From Macrostomum lignano (lineage: Eukaryota), in assembly GCA_002269645.1 (NCBI GenBank), contig NIVC01000380.1:62001-126000 (forward strand): a DNA stretch of 64,000 bases, written 5' to 3'. Within the stretch, counting starts at the first letter, position 1; the number at the start of each line of letters is the position of its first letter. Positions 50,049 through 62,107 of this stretch are shown in pieces. Position numbers and translations under genes: made by a program. The notes under the pieces are model-generated. The model was not told the DNA's origin, searched no databases, and worked only from the letters and a program-made list of their open reading frames with translations.

Positions 50049-50569
50049 CAGCTTTGCATGGATTCAGCTCAATAGTTGGACGTTTTCGAATTACAAGTGA
50101 AGCACGCGTTTTGTGCTCGCTTCAGCAACTGATATCCACCAACGGCATAAGGACATAAGGACGCCGAGTTTGATTGACGGAGGTTTCAGCCACGTGATGG
50201 TAGTTCAGTCTTACAGTTTGTTCAACTCGGTGACTCTCTAAGTCTTCCATGGACGTTTTATATCATACTATGCTCGATGATCATTCAAAGTAAGCTAGGT
50301 AGTTAAATGTTAAAATTCGATTAAAAATGCTCCATTCAACTTCTTGTCGCTTTCGCCATATATAGTATCCTTGTTATAACCATTGTTAAGTACAAATGTT
50401 GTCTCTTTTAATTTTGCTTATATTGACGCATTTTTACTTTTCTTTTATCTTCATTTTGAAGCTGATTCTGTTTTACTAACCAAATAAATTGATTTTGTTA
50501 AAATATATTTCACCTGAACTGAATACTCAGTTAAACAAAGCATAAATTGATGTTGGAGTCTTACAATTC

Positions 50570-50885
50570 CTTGAAACGCCATTGCTGCGTGGCGTACTTA
50601 TAAATGCTACTCTGCCCATTACGCTGACGCCTGAGCATACGAGTGTAAACGAATACTGTTACACAGACACGCACTAGGGTGTACATCGGCCCTAACTTTT
50701 TACTATTAGACAGGCATGTGCACTCTCTGTCTTGGTGGTTGGCCCTCATGGCTGTCGTGAATCTCACGACAGCCTCCCGGCGACCTGGCCAATTTTTTTC
50801 GTGCACACGCAAGTCCCAAATGAAGGGACTCAAATGTGGCTCAAGGGTGCGCATGAAGTTCAACCATAGACAGATTTTGGTCGCG
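50570..50885 (-). mobile_element. Second SINE family, diverged copy 2
   Basis: Colinear blocks CTGCCCATT..CCTGAGCA..GTGTACA.CGGCCCTAA..AGGCATGT.CACT..CTTGG.GGTTGG.CTCA.GGC shared with 61220-61376; degenerate B-box-like TTTGAGTCCC. Confidence 0.55.
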
Positions 50886-51115
50886 ACGTTGTAAAAAGTA
50901 CGAAATAAGCAGCTTTGAATTTGCGAACTTTTTAATTTATTGTTGACTTACAAATAAAGAATTGCGGCGGGGGTAACCTGACGTACAGTATTATCTATGG
51001 CAGAGGCTATGAAAACTGAAGAGAGGAGAAACGTTTCATTTGAATGACTTTATTATATAGAATTCATTGTCAGCAGTAATCGTGTGAAATGCGATAAAGC
51101 TTACAGTTAGAAAAA

Positions 51116-52921
51116 ATGACTGGTCTATTACAAAATTCAACGCCGCTTCTGCTTCTGTGCTGCCTGGCAGCAGCAATCAACGTCTCTGCTAGCTCGTTCT
51201 GCACGTACAATTTTGCTAAATTGGTTCAGCACACTTGGACAATGCCGGAGGGCTTCGCTTCTTATGATGGTGAGTTTCTATTAATTTTTGAGCTGCAATT
51301 CTCCTATCCTGATGTTATTACAACTGCACGACTGTAACTTTTTGTTTTAGCTGCCAGCAATCATTCATCAACGAACGCTAGTGCACTGCATATACCTCGA
51401 AGTGTAGGAGACTCGACGCCAAAACAAAAAACTGCTGCAGTGCAATCAGATTCGAATGGTGAGATTGGAGTTCATCGTGTGGCTCTCTGATAATATTCTT
51501 ACTTAACGAAGTTTAAGCATCTGATCTAGGCAATTATTGACGTGAGGTCACGATATGACATTTGACATGATCCCTTAGCATCTCTGATGACATGATTCAT
51601 AGCATGTCTGATGACATGATCTATAGCATCTCTGATGACATAATCTATAGCATCTCTGATGAAATTATCTATAGCATCTCTAATGACATGATCTATAAAT
51701 GATCTATAGCATCTTTGATGACATAATTTATAGCATCTCTGATGACATATCTATAGAATCTCTGATGACATGATCTATAAATGATCTATAGCATCTCTGA
51801 TGACATATCTATAGCATCTCTGATGACATATCTATAGCATCTCTGATGACATGATCTATAAATGATCTATAGCATCTCTGATGACATATCTATAGCATCT
51901 CTGATGACATATCTATAGCATCTCTGATGACATATCTATAGCATCTCTGATGACATGATCTATAAATGATCTATAGCATCTCTGATGACATATCTATAGC
52001 ATCTCTGATGACATATCTATAGCATCTCTGATGACATATCTATAGCATCTCTGATGACATATCTATAGCATCTCTGATGACATATCTATAGCATCTCTGA
52101 TGACATATCTATAGCATCTCTGATGACATATCTATAGCATCTCTGATGACATGATCTATAAATGATCTATAGCATCTTTGATGACATAATCGATAGCATC
52201 TCTGATGACATATCTATAGCATCTCTGATGACATGATCTTTAGCATCTCTGATGACATGATCTATAGCATCTCTGATGACATGATCTATAGCATCTCTGA
52301 TGACATGATCTATGGCATCTCTGATGACATGATCTATAGCATCTCTGATGACATAATCTATAGCATCTCTGATGAAATTATCTATAGCATTTCTGATGAC
52401 ATGATCCCTTAGCATCTCTGATGACATGATCCATAGCATTTCTGATGACATGATCTTTAGAATCTTTGATGACATGATCTTTAGAATCTCTGATGACATA
52501 ATCTATAGCATCTCTGATGACATGATCCATAGCATCTTGACGACATGATCCATAACATCTGAATGACATGATCCATAGCATACACTGTAGACCTCGTGTT
52601 CTACGTCTTGAAGACATCGCTAGCCTAACATCCTCAATCCTTGCGTTGACATATCTTCCATCTGCAGGCAAATGCCCAGCAAATCTCTATGCTCCAATTG
52701 GATTCTGCAATCAACCGAGACGCTCTGGTTCCAAGCGATCAATAAAAAAATTAGCCAATGAAACAGGAGTTACGGAATCTACGACACGCGCAACGAACAA
52801 GACGACTGGTCACGTGACCGCATCCTCAGCCAATAGCCAATGTCCCAACACCAAACTAATGCTCGCTGCTGAACTATTCTCGTCAACGTCGCAAAGAAAG
52901 TCAACCAGGAAACAGAAATAA
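51116..52921 (+). CDS. Small secreted protein of unknown family (3 exons, ~170 aa)
   Basis: Exons 51116-51269 (G|gtgagt), 51351-51458 (ttttag|CT ... G|gtgaga) and 52668-52921 (ctgcag|GC ... TAA), both introns phase 1, open throughout. Signal-peptide-like PLLLLCCLAAAINVSA. No recognised domain. Confidence 0.55.
51560..52580. repeat. 23-25-bp minisatellite (ATCTATAGCATCTCTGATGACAT)
   Basis: Fills most of intron 2 of the secreted-protein gene. Confidence 0.95.
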
Positions 52922-53479
52922 ACAATAACCTAAAGCTGCGTGATAGTACTTATAGTAGAAAGATTTTTGTATACAGACTTCAGACCTAGAGAAATATCTT
53001 CAGTTTTAAAGCCAGGATTATATAGTACCAAAATCCTCAGTTAGCATTTACTAATCATTCTCATCCTCACTTCCTGATCGTTGATAAGGATTTAGTCTTT
53101 AGGTTTCAGTAAACGTATTAAGTCAGCAAATACATTGTATACAAACACAGGCAGATGAGCACCGCTGCATGACTTTAATTGCTTGCCTTTAAGGATTATC
53201 ATTTATCTATAATAAGAAATTTCTACATGTACAAGTTTTCTACTAAAAGTAGACTCAGCGAAAGCGACGTCATAATTTTCTAGTTATCTTATGCAAAGAT
53301 TCAGCCATGTTCTCGGAATGGGTTTTGTACAGATTCTGCATGCCTTTATCAAAGAAAAACTACCAGGGAATTGAAGCATTTGTCATAGACAACTTGCCGA
53401 GTGAATATCAGCATTCCAAGTGCAGTCGCATTAATTTCGTGCTAAATTGGAATCTCGACTTGGCTCTGCTCGTGCAATT

Positions 53480-54112
53480 GTACCATGACCTTTGTGCCCG
53501 CTGGGCACTTATTCTTGCCTTTTAATGCCATAGACTACATTTAAGCCCGCTTGCAGAAGTCAAGCTTACTTTAATGCAAATTAGCGGGCAGTTAATGATA
53601 TATTGTACCATGACCTTTGTGCCCGCTGGGCACTTATTCTTGCCTTTTAATGCCATAGACTACATTTAAGCCCGCTTGCAGGAGTCAAACTTACTTTAAT
53701 TCAAATTAGCGGGCAGTTAATGACATTTAACGCCCGATTGTCTATTTCAAACTTACTTTAATGCAAATTAGCGGGCAGTTAATATCATTAACTGCCCGCT
53801 AATTTTGTCCCACTTTGTCAAGGACACAAATGTCTATGGCACAATAATAGTAATACCCATGCTTTGCGGGCGTATTAATGTACTATTCTTCTGCACTATT
53901 TTTGAGTGTTAATGTTATTAGCGCGCGAGCGTGGTAATGACATTAACACTCAAAAAGAGTGCAGTAGAAACATTGCTACGAGCGTATGCGCTTTCGTCTA
54001 TGGCATTAGTTGGCGCCGGAAGGAGTCGAGGAGGGGGGAGAGTGAGAATTGGGGTGTGGGGGCGAAGCCCCCACTTTCTACAATGAAATGTAAATAAATT
54101 TTAGTCTATGGC
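53480..54112. mobile_element. Probable non-autonomous DNA element with ~126-bp tandem duplication
   Basis: Direct repeat ~53480-53599 / ~53606-53724; GCCATAGACTA (53527) inverted as TAGTCTATGGC (54102-54112); GC hairpin GTGGGGGCGAAGCCCCCAC near 54055-54074. No TSD found. Confidence 0.4.
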
Positions 54113-55169
54113 CCACATCGACATTAATATGCACTGTAGTTTTTTGACCCCATAAAGAGGGAGACAGAAGGTTTAAGAGAGCTGAGTAGAAAGACAGCAG
54201 ATTTGATTGCTTGCATCTTTCATTTACGCAAACGAATTCGCCATGGCTGACGCAGAGCCAACTACAGTGGCAGAAGTTCTGCCTCCTCTATTTAACTACG
54301 GAGCTATACCGAATGCTGAGATTTCAGGAGTAACATCCGGCGAGTTCGACTTGATTTGCACGTCATTCGATCATGCCCAAGGTCATTAGATAGTCGAGAT
54401 GCAGCGAGCCGCTATAGATTCTCCGAGAAAAACTGCTAGAGGCTTTCGCTATCTCGCTGGTTGTGTAGAAATGTCGTTTAAAGTGCGTTCCAGGGTGCAC
54501 AACAGCCTTCCTTACGCTTAAATTTCCCAGACGTAAAGCAATCCAGAGAGCCAAGTAAGCATATTATAATTGTTGTTTTCAACATAACATGACACCGTGA
54601 ATCGGACAGTCAGAAAAAGTAGAGCACAGATTCAGTGTCAGCGCAATTATATTATATATTTTATCTATTTTATATACTTTATAGTATGAGCGTAATAGTA
54701 AATATTACTAAATATACAATTAAAAATGTTACTGAACCAATCGCATCATTAAAGAAATTCAATTGCTAAACAAATATGAAAGAAAGAGACACAAATTTAC
54801 TGTGAAATAAATGTTATAATGTTGGCCAAATCCTGTACAGACAAGCAGTTAAATTTATACGGAATTGTACACAAATAAGGAAAATATACTAAAATAAGTT
54901 CTCACATATTAAGCTAATTAGTAAATTAGTAAACATTTCGCAATTACAGAGCCGTGCAAACTTCTAACGAGGACTAATTTATTGTTTCATTGAAAAGTCT
55001 CTTTCAAGGGGCTGACTGTGTTGAATCCTGAATATACTACTTTAGTAGTTAAAATGTAGGCATATCAGCCGAAAACTACGCCATCTTAAAATGAATTGGG
55101 AGACAAATTAGATTCTAGAGCATTTTAACACTGCCTTGCTGGGGGACAGGATGAAGGAGAATGTAATTG

Positions 55170-55430
55170 GGAAGCTGGGTAGAAAGGAAGAGGTGGAGAG
55201 GGAGAGAGAGAGGAGGGGAGACGGAGAGGAGAGAGGGAGGGGAGGGGGAAGGGAGGGGAAGAGAGAGAGGGAGAGGGAGAGGAGAGAGGGAGGGGAGGGG
55301 GAAGGGAGGGGAAGAGAGAGAGGGAGAGGGAGAGGAGAGAGGGAGGGGAGGGGGAAGGGAGGGGAAGAGAGAGAGGGAGAGGGAGAGGAGAGAGGGAGGG
55401 AGAGATGGAGAGGGTGAGAGGTAGAGGGGG
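55170..55430. repeat. GA/G-rich low-complexity tract
   Basis: Purine run just past the SENP stop. Confidence 0.85.
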
Positions 55431-55525
55431 TGCGAGGCCAACCAGAGGCAGAGCAAGCTACAAACCGCGCACGCTTAGAACACAGGAAAAATATTATACA
55501 AAATAAGCGGATCTGCTCAGACAGG

Positions 55526-58500
55526 CTAGGAGCGACAGGACTCAGTCTGACAGGCGGCGGTCACTTCCGATTCTTCAATTGGGTCGTCATCGCCGCCGCA
55601 GTGCGGCTTATCCGGTCCCAGCTTCCGGTACAGTTGCACTATTAGCTGCTGCATCTCAGCGCGTTTATTCTGAATCTCGGCGGTATTAAACCAATTCCGC
55701 ATATGCTCCTGAAAGTAGGCCTTAGTGAATTCCGGAATCGGTCGCTTGTAGAACATTTCGGCGTAGTGCAACACGTACGGGCCGCAGTCTACAAAGTTGG
55801 GCTGTTGAGGCACGTGCGGACTGAAGCCGCGCATGGTGCCTTTGTCGAATCGTTTGGGGCCGAGACCTGCGCGCTTCTTGATGTCCCACTCCACTTGCAG
55901 ATACCTGGAGGGGTGAGAAGAGTCAAATAAGCGCGCATGGCATAGGCGCATTACTGTATGAAATAAGACGCGCATCCTATGAAATGAGGCGCGCATTGTA
56001 TGAAATAAGGCGCGCATCCTATGAAATAAGGCGCGCATCATATGAAACAAAGCGGGCATCGTATGAAATTGAGCGCGCATCCTATGAAATAAAGCGCGCA
56101 TCGTATAAAAAAATACGCGCATCATACTAAATAGGCGCGCATCGTATGACACAAGCGCGCAAGATACGCGCAAAGTTTTGTTTGTTTGTTCTTTGGCCAC
56201 ACAAAGCTATCAACCTATCAAGTAGTCAATGATGCTTCATTTAATGGGGGTCCCAACTACAGAATCGAACCCTGGACCTATATGAACTAACGTCACTCAC
56301 TCTCTGATAATTTTCACGTTAGGCCCGCGGTGCGCCGTCCCAGACAGGCTGTCGAAAACCAGCACGCACGGCAACTGCAGGGTGCCGTCATCGGATCGAA
56401 CAGCTCCAGCAGGTAGCGGCTGCGGTGCTTGATCTTGACTGGAATTTGAAGGCGCCGTTGATTCGGCGGTCGTTCCATTTGGTCCCGCCGTCGCTTCTGT
56501 CTGGGCGGCCCGCTCAGCATTGAGCATGTCGTTATAGTCAACGCAGCCAGCCAGCATTGGAAAACAGATGACAACAAGGAACCAATGATAGTTCTCATTG
56601 ATTGGTATGATGATGAAGTCTTTAGAGAACAGGTCCACTTTTCGAGTCCATTTAGCTACGGACGCGTGGCGACGTTCAGCGGCGACTGACGCGTCGACAG
56701 CAACAGCCGCCGCAGCCGCCTCAGCCGCTTCAATTCCGGCGCAATGGGCCAATCGTTTGTAGAAGAACGAATTAAACAGATGAGTCCGCGCCCTCTGCTC
56801 CGGCGTTAAAAGTTCGTGCAAGATGTACTTTAAATAGAAGTCAATTATAACGTCGTTAAGATAATTGCCCGATCTTAGACAAGCCAGATCGGTGTCTGTG
56901 ATGGTGATGCCGTTAGAGCCGCCAGGTCGATAGGTGAACTTCTCAATTAGTGGCGGAGGAGGTGGAGGCGGCGGCTGCGGCACAAGTGTCGGCAAAGTAA
57001 TTGCCTTCGATGTTGCCGCCGCCGAAGGTGAGATAATTATGCGCACAGTCTGCACAGACGATGACGATAACGATAATTGGGCTTGCGCCGGCTGAGTTGG
57101 CTGGCTTAAAGATGGCGATGCTTGGGTTCTGATGAACACAATGCGCCGAGCCTGTTGTTGTTGCTGTTGCTGCTGCTGCAAAGACGGCGGGTGAAGTCTT
57201 AAAGTGGGCGTAGCAGCAGCAGAAGAAGCAACACTCGATACAGGTATCACAGCATTAGAAGCTTCTGATACTACAATAACAGCGGACGAGTCGGTAGTTC
57301 CCAATGTTGTTGCTTCTGAACTAATTGCTGTTTTCGCTGTGTCTTCTGCTTTTTCTGCAGGACTTGTTATAGCTGTAGCTGCTGTTGTTGTTGTTGTTGT
57401 TGTTAGTTCTGCTGCTGTTGTTGTTGGCGATGGTGTCATGGCGAGAAGTAATTGCGGATCGCAGTCGTGCAGTACAGACCGGCCTGAGACATCGTTAAGC
57501 TTCATTATTCGAACGCACAGCTGGGATCCGGCACGCTCGTACCAGTGTATCAACTGCTGAATGTTCGACACCAGCGGGTCTGGAGGCAATGAAAGACAGG
57601 TTTGTGTTACCGACTGATGGCGCTGAGTCACGGTTCCCCACCCCCATCCTCTTGATTGCCCATCCCCAATCTCTCGATTTCTCCATCCCCATCCTCTTGA
57701 TTTCCCCATCCCCATCCTCTTGATTTCCCCATCCCCATCCTCTTGATTTCCCCATCCCCATCCTCTTGATTTCCCCATCCCCATCCTCTTGATTTCCCCA
57801 TCCCCATCCTCTTGATTTCCCCATCCCCATCCTCTTGATTTCCCCATCCCCATCCTCTTGATTTCCCCATCCTCTTGATTTCCCCATCCCCATCCTCTTG
57901 ATTTCCCCATCCCCATCCTCTTGATTTCCCCATCCCCATCCTCTTGATTTCCCCATCCCCATCCTCTTGATTTCCCCATCCCCATCCTCTTGATTTCCCC
58001 ATCTCCATCCCCTCGATTTCCCCATCCTCTTGATTTCCCCTTCCCCTTCTTTTGATTTCCCCATCCCCATCTTCTTGATTTCCCCATCCCCTTATTTTTG
58101 ATTTCCCCATCTCCATCCCCTCGATTTTCCCATCCTCTTGATTTCCCCTTCCCCTTCTTTTGATTTCCCCATCCCCATCCTCTTGATTTCCCCATCCCCT
58201 TATTTTTGATTTCCCCATCCCCATCCCCTCGAGTTCCCCATCCCCTCGATTTCCCATCCCCATCCTCTTGATTTCCCCATCCCCATTCTCTTGATTTCCC
58301 CATTCCCATCTTTTTGACTTCTCTATCCCCATGATTTCCCCATCCCCTTCTTTTGATTTCCCTATCTCCATCCTCTCGATTTTTCCATCTCCATCCCTCG
58401 ATTCCCCATCCCCTCGAGTTCCCCATTCCTTCGATTTCCCCATTCCCAACGCCTCGACTTCCCCAGCTTCTTTTTTCCCACCCGTTTCTCCAATTTCGCC

Positions 58501-59436
58501 ACCACATGCAATCCTATCTGACCGAATCGGGAAAAATGTCCCCAAAATAAAAACATGGGACAACAGCCCAATCAGCAGCGCACCTGCGTCAGATTTATCC
58601 TCAGCCACTAATCCAATAACCCAGCGCCTGGCTCCGGTAGTAGCGCAGCACAGATAATCCTCTGGCAAGCCGGCCTGCTGGCAGATTCTGGCGCACTCCA
58701 CCTTGTCAGTTGGCCTGTAGCCAATAAAAGCCAACGGTTTAGTAGCAAAATACGTCACAGTGACAATCTTGTGAGGTATTCGAATGTAGGCTAAAGATGC
58801 CTCTCGGTGAACGCTGTCGCTACTGCCATTATGGCCATCGCTACTATTATTAAAGGGAAACTCAACGCAATCCAAGCTTAGCCGAAGCAGTCCAATTCTG
58901 GTTAAGGCGCGAAATTTAGACTTGCCAATCATTGTATGACTCAACGGGATAGACAGATTATCGATACTATTGGAATTGGATCGGTCAGGCAATATCGAGT
59001 CGAACGATATAGTTTCTTTCAGCCGTTTGCTAGGCGGCGAACAGGTCGTGTTGAGCCTCTGGGCGGCCGAATAGTAATAAGCCGAATTACGCGAAAATGA
59101 TGGACGAAGCATGACGGTCTGGACTGGCATCTGTGGAATTGCTGATGATGCTGCTGCTGTTGTTGTCGTTGCAGAATCCGACGTTATTGTCGAAGAGTCT
59201 GCTGCTGTTGCTGTTAACCGTTCGATTGGGCCAACAGTTTCAACATCGACCGCTGTGGAGGCGGCGGCGGTGGCGGCGGCGGGGGTGTCGGCGGAGGATT
59301 CGACCCCGCAAACGCCAACGCCCGACGGCTTCGAGGTGCGGATGACTGGGCTGTTGAGCAGGAAATTGACAGCGAATTTCTTTTCGAAAGGGGCGAGTAA
59401 TGATGAGTCAGTGCACTTTTAAACAGTTTTAGACAT
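55526..59436 (-). CDS. SENP6/7: SENP6/7-like SUMO/sentrin-specific protease (peptidase C48/Ulp1), 3 exons; 5' end uncertain
   Basis: Exons ~59436(or 59415)-58584 (GCAG|gtgcgc, phase 1), 57579-56301 (GA|gtgagt, phase 2) and 55904-55526. Ulp1 motifs: LRSGNYLNDVIIDFYLKY, HLFNSFFYK, KWTRKVDLFSKDFIIIPINENYHWFL (His), VLVFDSL (Asp), VPQQPNFVDCG (Gln/Cys), with the insertion typical of SENP6/7 inside the catalytic domain. An in-frame TAA sits at codon 6 after the 59436 ATG. Confidence 0.88.
55930..56160. repeat. 21-bp minisatellite (GCGCGCATCCTATGAAATAAG)
   Basis: In the last SENP intron. Confidence 0.88.
57640..58470. repeat. 23-bp minisatellite (ATCCTCTTGATTTCCCCATCCCC)
   Basis: In a SENP intron; explains the GMGKSRGW pseudo-translation. 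Confidence 0.94.
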
Positions 59437-59449
59437 GCTGAAAAAGTCT

Positions 59450-60045
59450 GGCGTTGCTAGGGACAGATAATGTAGCTGATTATGAGCGTTGCTAAGGGAA
59501 AATAATGTAGCTGATTATGAGCGTTGCTAAGGGAAAATAATGTAGCTGATTATGAGCGTTGCTAAGGGAAAATAATGTAGCTGATTATGAGCGTTGCTAA
59601 GGGAAAATAATGTAGCTGATTATGAGCGTTGCTAAGGGCATCTAGTTTTGAGCGTTGCTAGGGACAGAAATTGTAGCTGATTATGAGCGTTGCTAGGGCC
59701 AGATAATGTAGCTGATTATGCGCGTTGCTAGGGCCAGATAATGTAGCTGATTATGCGCGTTGCTAGGGACAGATAATGTAGCTGATTATGGGCGTTGCTA
59801 AGGGAAAATAATTTAGCTGATTATGAGCGTTGCTAAGGGAAAATAATTTAGCTGATTATGCGCGTTGCTAAGGGCATCTAGTTCTGATCGTTGCTAAGAG
59901 AAGAAAATGTAGCTAGTTATGAGAGTTGCTAGGGAAAGATAATGTAGCTGATTATGAGCGTTGCTAGGGCCAGATAATGCAGCTGATTATGCGCGTTGCT
60001 ACGGACAGTTAATGTTGCTAATTACGAGCGTTTTTTGGGCCAGAC
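59450..60045. repeat. ~35-bp minisatellite with GCGTTGCTA(A)GGG core
   Basis: About 16 units between the PPIL3 3' end and the first SENP exon. Confidence 0.93.
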
Positions 60046-60223
60046 ATTGCTTATACTGATTTCTATAAAGTTTTCAAAAATAAAATGATGACTAAAAAGT
60101 TTGTAACTCAATTTATTTTTTATGCAGTTCAGTACAGTTGCATTAAACGGAATCGAATATTAATAATTACACAATTATAAATGCCACATACATAGAAATT
60201 CGAATAACAGTTATTAGGCAACC

Positions 60224-60721
60224 TTAATCCGCAGCATTCTCTGCGATAGGGTTAGCGTGAACAGTAACATAGTTAATCTTGACATCCTTGACCGGTCGAT
60301 AAGTCTTATCGTCCACTGGTAGCGCCTCCAGCCTGTCAAGTACACTCAGACCATCGATAACTTTGCCGAACACAGTGTACTTATTATCCAGCATAGTCTG
60401 CTTAGCATAGGCAATAAAAAACTGGCTACCATTCATATCGGGTCCATTGTTCGCCATGGACACCGTGCCTCTCTGGCTGTGACGCAGACTCTCGTGAAAT
60501 TCATCTTTAAACTTCTCGCCCCAGATGCTGGAGCCGCCTTTGCCAGTGTTGCTGGGATCGCCAGTTTGCACAATGAAACCGCGAATGTTCCTATGAAATA
60601 CGCAGCCATTATAGTAGTCTGTTGCGCATAGTGCTAGAAAATTTTCGCAAGTTTTCGGACACAGCTCGCATTCTAATTCGAGCTTTATGTCGCCCAGATC
60701 TGTGTGCAGAGTGACTGCCAT
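60224..60721 (-). CDS. PPIL3: Peptidyl-prolyl cis-trans isomerase-like 3 (cyclophilin), intronless CDS, 165 aa
   Basis: MAVTLHTDLGDIKLEL...PKTCENFLALCA..YYNGCVFHRNIRGFIVQTGDP...MANNGPDMNGSQFFI...YTVFGKVIDG...KTYRP...TVHANP closely follows human PPIL3 as I recall it. Acceptor-like CTAACAG lies 25 nt upstream of the ATG, and AATAAA is at ~60113-60118 on the minus strand. Confidence 0.93.
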   Translation of the reverse strand: MAVTLHTDLGDIKLELECELCPKTCENFLALCATDYYNGCVFHRNIRGFIVQTGDPSNTGKGGSSIWGEKFKDEFHESLRHSQRGTVSMANNGPDMNGSQFFIAYAKQTMLDNKYTVFGKVIDGLSVLDRLEALPVDDKTYRPVKDVKINYVTVHANPIAENAAD

Positions 60722-60819
60722 GCAATAATTTGAGGTGGAATTAATTCTGTTAGTTTTTTGTTTATACAAATCAATGAGAGGCTTAAACAGTAAAAAATCA
60801 ATTGAAAAAAAATTTGGTG

Positions 60820-60970
60820 GCCACAAATGATAAAAGTATTAATAAATCGATAATAGTATTGATATAAATCGATAATAGTACTGATAATATAGATCGATAA
60901 TAATATTGACATAAATCCATAATAGTATTAATATTAATCGAAAATAGTATTGACATAAATCGATAATCGA
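60820..60970. repeat. 22-bp AT-rich minisatellite (ATCGATAATAGTATTGATATAA)
   Basis: Tandem units upstream of PPIL3. Confidence 0.8.
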
Positions 60971-61134
60971 TAAAGTAGTGACTACTTTTTCTATAATAAC
61001 ATCTGACATAAATGAGTAAAAGAATGTAACAAAAAGACCTAGTTCTGATACATCTTGTACAATCGTGTGCACACCATATTGCTAGCGTATATTTGAAGAA
61101 AAATTATCGCAATAATTTTTCAGACCATAAAAAC

Positions 61135-61500
61135 ACGTTTTTTTATTTATTAGAAGCAGGGGGGTTGTGTGCACCCTGGCGCACTTTAAGCGACATAGGC
61201 ACACAACCGGCGAGAGGCATTACTGCCCATTCCGCCGACTCCCCTGAGCAGGTATACAAGCGCGCGGATACGTACGCAGGCACACACTCACACAGGAGTG
61301 TACAGCGGCCCTAATATTATTTTTCGTTAGGCATGTACACTTCACTGCGCCTTGGGGGGTTGGCTCTCAAGGCCGTTAATTGCACGAGCAGAGCCAAGCC
61401 GAGATTCCAATTCAGCCCCAAATTAATGTGACTGCACTTGGAATCGAGCCTGGGTCGCTGGCACACCAGAGCAGCTGCGCTACCGCTGGGCTACGGCCCC
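61135..61500 (-). mobile_element. Second tRNA-derived SINE family, copy 1
   Basis: Minus-strand head GGGGCCGTAGCCCAGCGGTAGCGC...GGCTCGATTCC (A and B boxes), A-rich tail near 61140, and a body shared with 50585-50760. Confidence 0.7.
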
Positions 61501-62107
61501 CCTTTATAAATAAAAACACGTTACTTAAATATTATTTTAATCTCAGTAGTAGCGGTAAAAGTGTTTAAATTATTAATAACTACAAAACAGATCGACAATA
61601 TTAGAAAAAATCAAAATATTTTTTCAACGTCACAGATTTGAAAGAAGCAAGCACTTTAAGACTTTATTGTAAGGACGGAGTGAACTTTGCATTTAAAATG
61701 TTTATTTTTAAAAGATTTTCTAGAGCAGAAAAAAATTTTAAAAAGTTAAAAAAGAATAAGGGACGGAAATCCATAAATCAAAAAATCCTGAAAACAGAGT
61801 AAGGCCAAAGTTTAATTTATACATGACATTTTACAATTACAGCATGCCAATAAAAACTGACAACGATCTACTACTCACGGTAGTCAGCTGAGATCAATCT
61901 AATTATTTTTCCATAAAAAGTGAACAAAATAATAAAATAGTCTTTTATTTGCTTATCGGTGACCTACTTAACACCTAGAAATTTTTAACTGTAAAAATGA
62001 ACTTGTGAATGCGGTCTGCAAGGATGCTGATTACAGGTATACCATTGTTCACCAGCCAAAATCCATGGTTGGGGAAGAATATATATGGGACTAGGCAAAA
62101 TTGATAT

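Noticed and set aside
57600-58580. GMGKSRGW/GNQEDGDGEIKR portions of the 736-aa and 500-aa ORFs
   Set aside because: Intronic 23-bp repeat; canonical phase-1 splice sites at 58584/58583 and 57580/57579 remove it.
55526-59436. Functional link between host SENP6/7 and the transposon USP as one ubiquitin/SUMO system
   Set aside because: SENP is a spliced host gene ~8 kb outside the TIRs on the other strand; proximity is most simply coincidence.
60025-60065. Mini-exon ATG TCT GGC CCA AAA AAC GCT C|gtaatt as first SENP exon
   Set aside because: It lies in the decayed end of the 35-bp repeat, and its phase 1 donor does not fit the SENP frame at either downstream acceptor.
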